From Ramazzottius varieornatus (taxonomy: Eukaryota > Animalia > Tardigrada): DNA of 64,000 nt. How positions within the stretch are numbered: position 1 is the stretch's first letter; every line of letters begins with the position of its first letter. The stretch spans positions 264,123 through 328,122 of the forward strand of contig BDGG01000011.1 in assembly GCA_001949185.1 (NCBI GenBank), given 5' to 3'. The notes beneath the pieces were generated by a model. The model had not been told where the DNA came from. It was given only the letters and a program-made list of their open reading frames with translations, and made no database searches. The translations under genes and the position numbers were made by a program. Shown here one piece after another: positions 27,616 through 37,957 of this stretch.

Positions 27616-30600
27616 TTACGGGCCAGCTGGTGAGGTTGGGTCGCCGTCGGCTGTAGGTTTCTTGCTTTCTTTATAGCCTGCGCTAGATTCCTGAGCAGAC
27701 TTGTCCTTTCCGCTCTGTCCTTGATGCTCTTCTTTGGACTTATCATTCTTGGATCCTCCGCTTTGTTCGGCCGGCTTCTTGCTCGGGTGTTCGTCGCCGT
27801 CGCCTTTGTCCTTCGCTAGCTTGGACTTGCCTGAGCTGTAGCTCTCTTCCTTCGACTTGGATGGCTTCTTGTTTGGACCGTCGTCATCATCGTTATCGTT
27901 CTTCGGAGGACTCGCTTTCTTCGGAGGTTCGCGGTCACTGGAAGAGGGCTTATGGTTGCTTTCCTGATTGTAACTATCGTCTTTGGACTTGGTCGGATGT
28001 TCGTCGTGGTCCTTGCCTTTTGTGGGCGTGTGATCCTTGGACCCTCCCCCATGTTCCGCCGGTTTTTTGCTGGGGTAGTCATCTCCGCTATTCTCACCCT
28101 TCGGCGGCTTGGACTTGCCCGGGCTGCGGCTTTCTTCGTTAGACTTCGATGGCTTCTTGTGCTCATCGTTGTTGTTCTGGCTCTTTGGGTAGGTCGGCTG
28201 CTCCAGAGGTTCGTGGCCGCTCGAAGAAGGCTTGTGGTTGCTTCCTTCGTGGTGACTGGTGTCTTTAGACTTGGCCGCATGTTCGTCCTGGTCCTTGCCT
28301 TTGGCGGGTTTGGGGTCCTTGGATCCTCCACCATTTTCTGCAGGCTTCTTGTTCGGGTAGTCTTCGCCATCGTCCTCGTCCTTCGGCGGCTTCGACTTGC
28401 CCGAGCTGTGGCTCTTTTCCTTGGACTTGGATGGCTTCTTGTTTGGACCATCGTCATCATCGTTATCGTTCTTCGGATGACTCGCTTTCTTCGGTGGTTC
28501 GCGGTCACTGGAAGAAGGTTTGTAGTTGTTTTCCTGGTTGTGACTGGTATCTTTGGAGTTGGTGGTTGGATGTTCGTCGTGGTCCTTGCCTTTGGCGGGT
28601 TTGTAGTCCTTGGCTCCTCCACCCTGTTTTGCAGGCTTCTCGCTCAGGTGCTCGTCGCCATGGTCCTCGCCCTTCGGTGTTCTTGATTTGCCAAAGCTAT
28701 GGTTCTCACTCTTAGGCTTCGGTACCTTCTTGCTGGGATATTCCTCCTCGTCGTTGTCGTCCTGCTTCGGGTAGGTCTTCTTTGGAGATTCGTGGTTACT
28801 TGAGGAAGGTGTGTTGCCCTTCGAATGGCCTTTGCTGCCGCCTTCGTAGCCCGATTTTTCCGGTTTTGCTGATTTGTTTGGGAGGTCGTGGTTGGATGAG
28901 GACTTACTGCCGTGATCCTTCGCTGGCTGTTTGGAAGGACCAGAATGACCGTTGTCCTCCGTATTGCTGTATTCGTCCTGCTCGTTCTGATCGTGGCCTG
29001 GTGAAGTCGGGTGATCTTCATCACGATCAGGCTTGCTCGACTTGCCGTGGGCGTTGCTTTTGGAAGGGCCAGTCTTGGCTGGGGTATGACCTTTGCTGGA
29101 AGGATACCTGTTGGGGTCATCGCGATCGTCATCAGCCTTAGTTTCGAGATACGTCTTCTTTGGTGGGCTAGGTTTGGTTGCGGGATGGGAGGTGCCTGTC
29201 TTTGGGCCTTTACCGGTGGGAGACATCGATTTCTTGTCATTTCCACCTGCGACAGAAATCATTTGAAAATCTGTGCAAAAACAGACGGAGATAAGTTCTG
29301 ATCTGATATTCTACCTTTGGACGATGTCGCAGAATAAGTTTGACCGTAGTCTTTGTTGCCTTTTGGTTGTGTTTTCTTGGGCGGAGATTTCGCACCTAGG
29401 ACAAAACGATAACGTACAGATTTCGGTAATTTGAAAAACGCTATCGGTACAGTAACTTATTCGGTGTGGGCTTGTGGGAATTATCTTAAAATTATCCAGT
29501 AAACCTCTCCCAGCAAAGTTCTCTTGATCAATTCTCACCTGCAGCTTTGGAAGCCGGATACTTGGCGGGTGACCCATGTTTGGAAGGCATCGTCTCCTTT
29601 CCACCGCTTGAGGATGGCTTCCCTTTCGGTCCTGACTTCCCGCCTTCCGGCTTGACACCGTATCCCTTCTCCGGAGTTTCTTTCGGCTTGGTGCCACCTT
29701 TGGTGGCATACTGACCACCTTTCGGCTTCGGACCATGACTTTTGTCGGGTGTTTTCTTCGACGTACCCTTCGGTCCTGGGTACGCTCCAGGCTCACCTAG
29801 TCAAAATACTGTAGTCGAACAAACCATCATATGCCGATTACTGTTTTTGTTCTAGAATGATTACCTTTAGGTCGACTTGGTTTCGACGAAGGCATCTTCC
29901 CACCTTTCGGCTTAGTTTCACCCTTTGCTTTCGGACCTTTCCCGTAATCTTCTCCCTTATCGCCTTTCGGTTTAGCCTGGTAACCTTTGGGTTTCGAAGG
30001 AGTCTTGGGATGCTTAGTCACCGGAGGTTTCGGTTTGGGCTGAGGCTTGTATGGCTTTGCCGGTGGCTTCTCAGAAGGCTGCGGAGGTGTCTTTTGGTGT
30101 TGGTGATCTTCCCTGTCGTACGAGGGCTGAGTTTCACCGGTGTGTTCCGGCGTAGCGTACTCATCCGTCTCATCTACCGAAATACAAAAAAGATATCATG
30201 ATCAAGGTATTGTACTGGGGCGTCACGAGTAAGGGGACATTACCTTGTTTATTCTGTCCATCCTCGGACTTTCCGTGCGATTCTGCTTCTCCGTCTCCGT
30301 CATCTTCGCCCTTCGAACCATCATGCTCGTCCTCGTTTCCACTTTGGGCATTCTCATGGTCCTCTCCGTTGCCGTTTCCTTGTTCGTCTTGACGGGTAGA
30401 GTCGACGCCGTTGCCTTCCTCCTGCTCATCGCTTTCCTCGTGCGAAGAACCTTCATCTGCATCCTCTTCCTCGTTGTTCTCGTCACCGAGATCACCATTC
30501 TCCTTCTCGCCGTCGTCTTCGTTCTCTTCATGTTGTTGGTCATCCTCGTCTTCTGAAGTAACTTCCTCTTTCGTCGCAGGTGCGGCCTCACTTTTGGTCA

Positions 30601-32804
30601 ATTCCTCATTGTCATCGTGCGGCGGATAATAGAGGGGTGGTGAACGGTCTTTGGGCGGAGGCGGAATCAGTCCACCCTTCGACGGTGGATGGGACGCCTT
30701 AGGCTTGTTGGGGGCGGGAGCCGGCTTGGCAGTTTGCTTTGGAGCCGGTGCATATGGATTGTGCTTGGGTGGATGCTCCGGTTGGTGCGGCGGGGAGCTG
30801 TGGCCTGCGTGTGGTGGAGGCTGTGGATCCTGTGGGTGAGAAGGCGTATAGGGATGTGGCTGAGGGGGCGACCTGTGTGGTTGTGGTTGCTGGTAGGTGG
30901 GTTCATGCGGTGGCGGGTGTTGTAGCACTTGGTGGGGTACGTAGGGAAGGTGGTCGGGTTGAGGTTCGGCATAGTTGGGTAGACCGTCGTACTGCTCGGA
31001 TGGTGGCTGCTTCTTGGAAGGCAAATGTGACGGTGGTTGTGGTGGCAGTTGAGGCGCTGAAAAGTAATTGGGCGACTCGATGTATCCCGTAGGTGGGTGA
31101 TGTGGCTGATGCTCAGCTGGCGGTAACGGATGTGGACGTGGTTGAGGGTAATGTTCAGCGGGAAGTGGCGGTTGGTATTGGTCCACGGGTCGTTGCGGCG
31201 GTTGAAGTGAAGGTGGTAGACTCTTTTGAAGGCGCTCTAGGTACGTTTCAGCAGGCGGCGTATTTTCAACCGGAAAATACGAGGGCCTGAGGAATGAAAC
31301 AAGCCATTAGTTTATGCCAGACGAACAAGCGGATGGTTTTAACGTACTCTTCTCGTCGTGGGTTGTTTAGCTGCATCGGCTCCCTCCGTTTCGGTTCCTG
31401 CTCTGATCTTTCTCGACTGTCGTCGTCCCGGTCATCGGAGTACTGTGGACGTGATGGTGGAGGTCGCAGCGAACCGTAAGGTCTCTCTTCTTGTCCATCT
31501 TCATCATCTTGCTCGAGTGGCAGCGGAGGCTTCTTCTTCGACGGTCGAGGTTTGTCGTCGGACTCTGCAAGGATGGAGTGACAGACGGTCTTGACGACTT
31601 CAGCCAAATCCTTCTTGGGCGAGGTCCTCGGCTGGTCAGATTTGGCCAGTTCGCGCACGGTGCGTTCCAGCGTTTCTTTAATCTGCTCCATGGACAACTG
31701 TCGTTTCTTGGAGGAACTGGAAGGGTACTTGTCGGCCAGGCAGCTGAGGTCGGTGCAACCGGATGCTGGTGTACTGAGCATTAGCTGGACGATAGCCGAG
31801 ACGCAGTGTTCCAGACGTAAGGTTGACTTCGTCGTGCATTTCTCGTCCCCATCACGGTCCGCATCCCGATGACGTTGGTTCTTTGGTCCATCGCTCAACA
31901 GCCACTGCAGAACCAACATACGTCGGCATGAGTAAGCTTTATATTGGCAGGAGAGCCCGACAAACACCCCAACGTAACTGTCACGCACCTGCATACTGGG
32001 CACAGCACGTGAGCTGTGCATCCCGTTGTTTGCAGGTGCGCGACTTAAGACATTTACATGCTTTTGATATTGCAATCAACACAAAACAGTCGTACCTTCA
32101 TGTCACTTTTCGTCGAGTATCCAGTTTCTTCTTTCTTGCGTGTCATCCGTGGACCACCGTGGTTATTTCCGGAAGAGCCGTAGTCATCTTTCCGGTTCCG
32201 GTCGCGTCCTCGGTCGGGTTCACTAGGGTGATCGCGTTTTCGATCACTCGGACGATCGCGGTCCCGTTCGGTTTTCTCGGGCCTTTGACGGCGATGTCCT
32301 CCAGATGTGTTTCTTGGCGGACCGTAGTCTTCGTCTCGTCCTCGATCGCCTCGGCCTGGTTCTCGATATCCTGTCATGCGCGAGCCCTGCGATGGTTGTC
32401 CACCGTGGGATCCACCTGTTCGATTACCGCCATATGACGGACGATCCCTCAAAGGCTCATCTGACAGGACGTACCTGTCATCGTTTCCTACCAAGCAGAA
32501 ACATCAAAGTCGAAATTGGTACATGCACCATGTTAATGGATCGGCTTCTAATTTCAACCGTCCTTAGAGGTTTTTTGTGGAAGAAGTTATGAAAGTACTC
32601 ACTCGACGACGTCCGTCTGCTAGTCAGAGATCTGTTGTAGGGACCTGACGATTCGCCGTACGCATCGTCGTACCCAGCTTGCCGCCTAAGTCGCCTCAAC
32701 TCGCGAGTATCTCCTCTTGAAACTCCATCTTGCAAAGCAGTCACCAATACGGAAATGAAAGACGCGGAGAGTACCAACAACGACACGGTTCCCAAATTCC
32801 TCAT
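27616..32804 (-). CDS. ~1463-aa secreted, largely intrinsically disordered modular repeat protein (7 exons)
   Basis: Exons 32804-32603, 32487-32096, 31904-31348, 31286-30244, 30173-29865, 29796-29539 and 29246-27616 all have GT-AG boundaries with compatible phases (4392 nt). Signal peptide MRNLGTVSLLVLSASFISVLVTA and a furin-like RRLRR site. Confidence 0.85.
27700..28810 (-). repeat. Coding tandem repeat, about four ~95-aa (~285-bp) units in the last exon of the secreted IDP
   Basis: Units follow the pattern SSS(N/D/G)(H/R)E.P.K...KKPSK...GKSK.PK....D.YP.KKPA..GGG.KD.KP.KGKD.DEH. Units 2 and 4 are near-identical 570 bp apart (tcgtcatcatcgttatcgttcttcgga at 27881 and 28451). Confidence 0.85.
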
Positions 32805-33328
32805 GTTGTTTGAGACAACATGGAGGCAAATCGAAGAAAGTCAAAATCACATAATGACATTAGTCCCACCAAAGCTTCCAGTTGTAGCTTGGTAAGGTGT
32901 TCCAAACTTTATGTTGATCGAATGGTAAACTCCGTGCGAGGTTTCTGTTGCATAATTATCCAAAAGAGTATCCCTGTTGAGTAACCCAAATGCGAACAGC
33001 GAACGTCCTTTTTTTATATATGGTGGGGAGAGACCCTTGCCAGTTTTTCAGACTATCACACCGTGCATCGAGCAGAACAGCGATAACACCACGCGAGAAA
33101 CCGTGAACCAAGGACAATCCGCCAAAGCATTATTTCATGCGGTATAGAGGGAGAAAACAACATCCTTGACCGAAGTCTCTGAACGAAATTTGATTCGTGC
33201 AAGCAAAACTAAACAACACTAAAATACTTATTTCTAAACTTTACCAGATTCTCTCCATCGCGCTGTTATCACACAAGAGAGTGAAAATACTCAGACGTTA
33301 CCGATCGGACTTCGCACTGTAGTACTGT

Positions 33329-34490
33329 TCAGGCGGCTGCTCGATTGTCCAGCTCCTCCAACATATTGTCGGACAACGAGCAGGAGACGCCCACTCCGTC
33401 GGGTTCGACAAACATTTTTGCCACTTTGCCGTTTTCAATCAGCATTGAAAATCTAGAAACAAGCAAATGCCAGCAGTGAAAAAACAGCCGTTGATTCTGG
33501 GGATACGTGTAGAATATTCGAATTCGTCTAAGAGCTTGACAAACAAACTAGACAAGATTGTCTTCCAAGTGGCGCACGTTTCCAGTAGTGTCAGCCGTAA
33601 ATATGCGTTACTTGATAAAACAGCCTTGCGGCGCTGGTTTGTCGAGCTTCGCCCTTTCTCTATGAAATTACTAAATCGACGAGCACGCTTGTGCCATGCA
33701 CGGCCTTGTCAATTACTATCATAGAATAAAGGCAGATTGTCCGGAGATGAACCAACTTCACTGTGCTGCAGGGTATCTCTGATTCCCAACCCCATGAAAC
33801 GGTGCTTACCTCTTGGAACGAATCCCACCAAGCGGTGCCAAATCTTTCTCCATCTTTAATGCTTTCGTGACTTTGGCTTGGGGGTCCGCCAACATATGGA
33901 CCTTTCCCTCCGTTTGCCGTTCATTTGCCCAGGCTGTCATCCTAAACACACATCAACGCATGACATCAGTATGTATGTCTTGCATTAAACTAGGGAAAAT
34001 ATGACGTCATAGGCCATCGAGGCGAACCTACACAAATTGATCATTCACGGCTATACACGCGATAACTTCGATGCCTTTTTTTTGCAGCTCATCAAAGTTG
34101 TCCACATAACTCGGGAGATGCTTCTGTAACAGCAAAGAGATCGTTCTTTGGACTGTTCGGGCCCAAGACCAGCTTGCAGGGTAAATCTTACCCCATCGCA
34201 GCCAGGCGTGAAGGCGCCAGGCACACCAATAAGAATTCCTCGCTTCTTCCCGAAAAGATCGGCCAGCTTGATTTTAGTGCTCTGACCTTCAATTAGCTCT
34301 TCATTCGGCAGCTTGTCGCCTTCCTGCAAACCAACATCCAGTCATTCACATTACTACGATGTATGCCACTTTGAGAACAGCTGCTTACCTTGATGGCTAA
34401 TGACGCCGTCACATGAAGCGCTCGAGTGCCCGCTGGCCCTCGCGCGCAGGTCCTGACCACGGAATTCGAAAGGATTCTTGCAGCGAACAT
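33329..34490 (-). CDS. PRDX5: Peroxiredoxin-5 (atypical 2-Cys) with mitochondrial presequence
   Basis: Exons 34490-34389, 34323-34192, 34123-34032, 33941-33810 and 33452-33329. Motifs: [42 protein letters not shown], and resolving Cys in [11 protein letters not shown]. Confidence 0.95.
33554..33622. repeat. Fixed-spacer palindrome family, single copy (PRDX5 last intron 33453-33809)
   Basis: aagattgtcttccaagtggcgcacg-N23-tatgcgttacttgataaaac. Confidence 0.75.
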
Positions 34491-35103
34491 AATGAATCGT
34501 GTACCTCTTTCAGTATCTGGTGATCGAAAAGGGTATGCTCCTCGAATCTGGATCGGACAACAATACAATTATCTTCGCAGGGAACCAAACACAGTACGGT
34601 TTCCCTCAACTGACTTCAATGACGTCACAAATGGTCAGCACCGCAGGGCTTGCTGTTTACTGGCTATCCTCCAAGGTTGGCACGATCTGCAATGATTCCT
34701 TAGCTGCACGTGCTGCGGCAAGCCAGTCCACCTGGAATCTCACATTTCGTTCTCATACCGCGTACAATTAACCCTTCACAGATTCATCAGCCATCTTACT
34801 CTTCGACTTTGCTTATGCGCCAAATTCCGGGGGTACTTATGGGATGGTCTACTCAGTTCGGGAGCCGTGACGGGCAGTAGAAGGGTCTCAGTGAAGGAGA
34901 AAGCCTTGGAAGGATCGGCGAAAGCGAATGCTTTATCTTTTGGTGTCTGGTAAGCCTTGATTGTTTGATTAATCCAAAATATTGTTTGTTAACTGGGAAA
35001 TTCTTCGTAGTGTTTCTTCTCATGTTCGGCCTCGAAAGTATAATCTGGCTTTCCTGTACTGTATTGTGTTTTACAGGCATAGGTAGTGCGGTGGATATTT
35101 AAG
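34491..35103. promoter_or_regulatory. Probable bidirectional promoter region between PRDX5 (-) and MTF-1 (+), with a perfect CRE (TGACGTCA, 34620-34627) and a CACGTG E-box (~34707)
   Basis: Head-to-head start codons are ~610 bp apart. The motifs are read directly; their function is inferred. Confidence 0.5.
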
Positions 35104-37957
35104 ATGAGTGAGCAGAATAGTTTGAAGATGGAAGAGGAGGAGCCCGAGGATATGGCTGGACGTTGTATCATCTGGACCGAAGAGATTAGCAACTTGGAAA
35201 CACCATTTTTCACGCTCGATGTGCCCGTTGATGCCTACCTACACGACGCCTTAATGGCAGAAGATCATGGTGTAGTGCTGTCGAAGGACGACGAGCGAGC
35301 GCTAGACCAAAGTGCAGACGGCGAAACCGAGAATGAATTGTAAGATGTCCTGGACGAGGAATCTCCCCCCTATCTAATGTTATATTCCTCACCTGACCAT
35401 ATATGTTTCGTCTGCCAGAGCTTCTCAAGACGCTAACGATTATTCGGACGCACCGTTGATGCCGGACGGTCGACGCGCGACGTACACGGTGATTCCTGGC
35501 GACGACTTGCATCCCAAGCGTTATCGCTGTGATTTCAAAGGCTGTGATCGGACTTACAGCACGCAAGGAAACCTCAAAACCCATCAGAAGACTCACCGAG
35601 GTACGGGCGACGTGTTTCTTCTCGTTTCATGACCTTTTGGTAGTCGGATCGTCCCGGAGAATTTAGAGAAAACTTTCTTTTACGGAATAAAAGCAATAAT
35701 AACGCACATCCCTGATTTCTGAATATCTTAGGAGGTAGTTGTGAGGTTTGACGTCATAGTTCGACGTTATGTTAGATGCGCATCCATGACGTCATGCGAC
35801 GGTTCTCAGTTCGGCTCGAAAACAACCGTTGTTTTGACTGTCTTCGGTGCATGCAGTCACATAAATTCCGTTTCGTTTTCTTCCAGGTGAATACACGTTC
35901 TTCTGCCGAGCCGAAGGTTGCACCAAGCAGTTCTTAACGTCTTACAGTCTGAAGATCCACACAAGAGTCCATACGAAAGAGAAGCCATACGATTGTGGAA
36001 TCGGTGGCTGTGTGAAAGCCTACAACACTCTCTACAGGTAATACCTTCCTCACCCGTTTCGTCCTCGTCATCTCCTGAAACACGATGTACAAAAAAGATA
36101 TGTTTGTAGGCTTAGGGCTCATCAACGTATCCATAGTGGAGATACATTCAAGTGTGAAATGTGTGACAAATCTTTCACGACATTGAGTGACTTGAGGAAA
36201 CATGCGCGAACCCACACGGGCGAAAAACCTTTCCTGTAAGTCAAACTCTTCCTGGATTCTCGTTCCCCATGTTTTATGCCTTTCTCTTTTACATAGATGC
36301 GGACGAGAAGGCTGCGGGAAACGTTTTTCAGCCAGCCATCATCTGAAGACGCATGTTAGAACGCACACTGGTAAATGTGGAAATCTCTTAACAGACAGCC
36401 AGTCAAATTTTTGCCCTGTATTTTACTTTTGTTTTTTTTGTGCAGGAGAAAAGCCGTATATATGTGGGGAAAAGGACTGCACGAAGTGCTTCAGCACGCA
36501 ATATAGTCTCAAAAACCATATCAAACGTCATCGACGAGCAGCGTTGAAAGGCCTTCCGCAGGTAGAAATTCCCGTCTCTGATTCTTGAACATCCAGAATT
36601 CTCAATTATGCCGCTTGTCTTACAGCCCCCTCCCGCCTTTGTGACAGTCGTGGAAGAAGTCACAGAACCTGTCTTAAGCTTTAGTCAACCGGACGAAGAA
36701 ATGCCTCTGCTGGATACGACGGACCTGGGTAAATTCAACGAAGTTCCAACTGGTATGGTCATCGTATTCTGTATTGATATTCAGTCTTCCAGCTGACGTA
36801 ATAGATTTCGAAGATGAAATTTAGATTAGTTTCATTGTTCGGGACCCAGAAAAAGAACATTGACAAGATTGTCTCACCAAGAGGCGCACGCTGCCAGCCA
36901 ATGACGCTTAAGGCGTGCTCCACCTGGGAAAGCTGGACCAGATCGCTTACCAAGTGGCGCACGCTCCCAGCAAATGATACCGGCAACGTGCGCCGCTTGG
37001 GAAAACGATCTTGCACGTTGCGTTTGCCGGCCCCTCAGTTTTATTCGGTTCCACTCACGAACGAAGTTGCTTATAGTTGCAGTCCCTGCCGAAGCTTTCA
37101 TGCCACTGGAACCCCCTACAGCGAGCGTTGTTATTGCAACCTTGCCAGCGCCCATCGACATGAGCGTAAAGCCAGCCACAGTCAAGAAGAAACCTATCGT
37201 CTCCAGCCCACCAGCCAAAACTCGCCAGAAAGTCCCCTCTCAGACCTTTACTCAACCTTCCGAAGCACATGCACAAGTAAAAGTCACACAAACACCTGTA
37301 CCGGCACCACCCGCACCCATGATACCACCTCAGCCACCACAGCAACCACTTCTCCTTCCGTCCTTCGGGTCGTTAGTAGTCAAACAGGAAGACGGCATGT
37401 CGCAGGTCTTCCTTATACCCCAGTCATCCCTCAATCTGAACAGCACATCTCCTCAGGTTATACTCAGTCAAAGTCAGACAACCGCATACACTGCCACACA
37501 AACACCCATTCAGCCAAAGCCGATCAAAGCACGGCCTAACAAACCTGTAGCAAAACGGCCCGAGTCAGTTAATGTAAAAGCTGACCAGCCCGTGGCAAAA
37601 AGGCTCGAAAGTGCAGCCAAGAAAGTCAGTCAACCTGTCGTTAAGAAACCAACGGGTAAACCCGTCGCCAGATCGACCGCTGGTGGAAAACCCGGTGGGA
37701 AAGGCGCAGCAAAAAAGAGTCCAGTCAAGAGTTCAGTTTCCTGGGCATCGTCCAACACGATGACACCGTCTAACCTAGGGTTGTCGCTGAGTAACTTTGG
37801 TTTTGATGGGAGTGTAACCCAGATGGCGGACCAGTTGTTTGAGCCCACACCTTTCGGTGCCCATCTGTTTGATTTCAGTGATCTAACTTCGGGTACTTCG
37901 GGGCTACATTGTAGTGATTCAAACGCGAGCTTTATGGTAGCTTTGTCTTCTTCGTGA
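35104..37957 (+). CDS. MTF1: Metal-responsive transcription factor 1 (six C2H2 zinc fingers plus Pro/Ser/Thr-rich C-terminus)
   Basis: The spliced fingers [27 protein letters not shown]|[34 protein letters not shown]...[10 protein letters not shown]|[10 protein letters not shown]...[20 protein letters not shown]|...[16 protein letters not shown]|...[10 protein letters not shown] match the MTF-1 finger array. Confidence 0.93.
36865..37010. repeat. Fixed-spacer palindrome family, tandem pair with 73-bp period (MTF-1 intron 36729-37082)
   Basis: ccaagaggcgcacg-N23-cgtgctccacctgg then ccaagtggcgcacg-N23-cgtgcgccgcttgggaaaacgatc. Confidence 0.9.

Noticed and set aside
27616-29246. Identification of the K/S/G/P-rich exon as Dsup, CAHS or SAHS
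   Set aside because: The likeness is only compositional. The gene has a signal peptide, is far longer, and shows no motif of those families that I recognise.
27816-31872. Many long overlapping or antisense ORFs (e.g. 27952-28686 +, 27816-28622 -)
   Set aside because: They are shadow frames produced by the biased, repetitive codons of the secreted disordered protein.
36865-37010. Palindrome-spacer tandem units read as a CRISPR array or V(D)J-type 23-RSS
   Set aside because: There are at most two units per locus, the arms are inverted rather than direct repeats, the context is eukaryotic introns with no cas genes, and there is no CACAGTG heptamer or ACAAAAACC nonamer.
34491-37082. Metal-response elements for MTF-1 autoregulation
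   Set aside because: The candidates I saw (TGCGCCA at ~34816 and in the palindrome arms, TGCACGT at ~34705) fail the TGCRCNC core at the last position.
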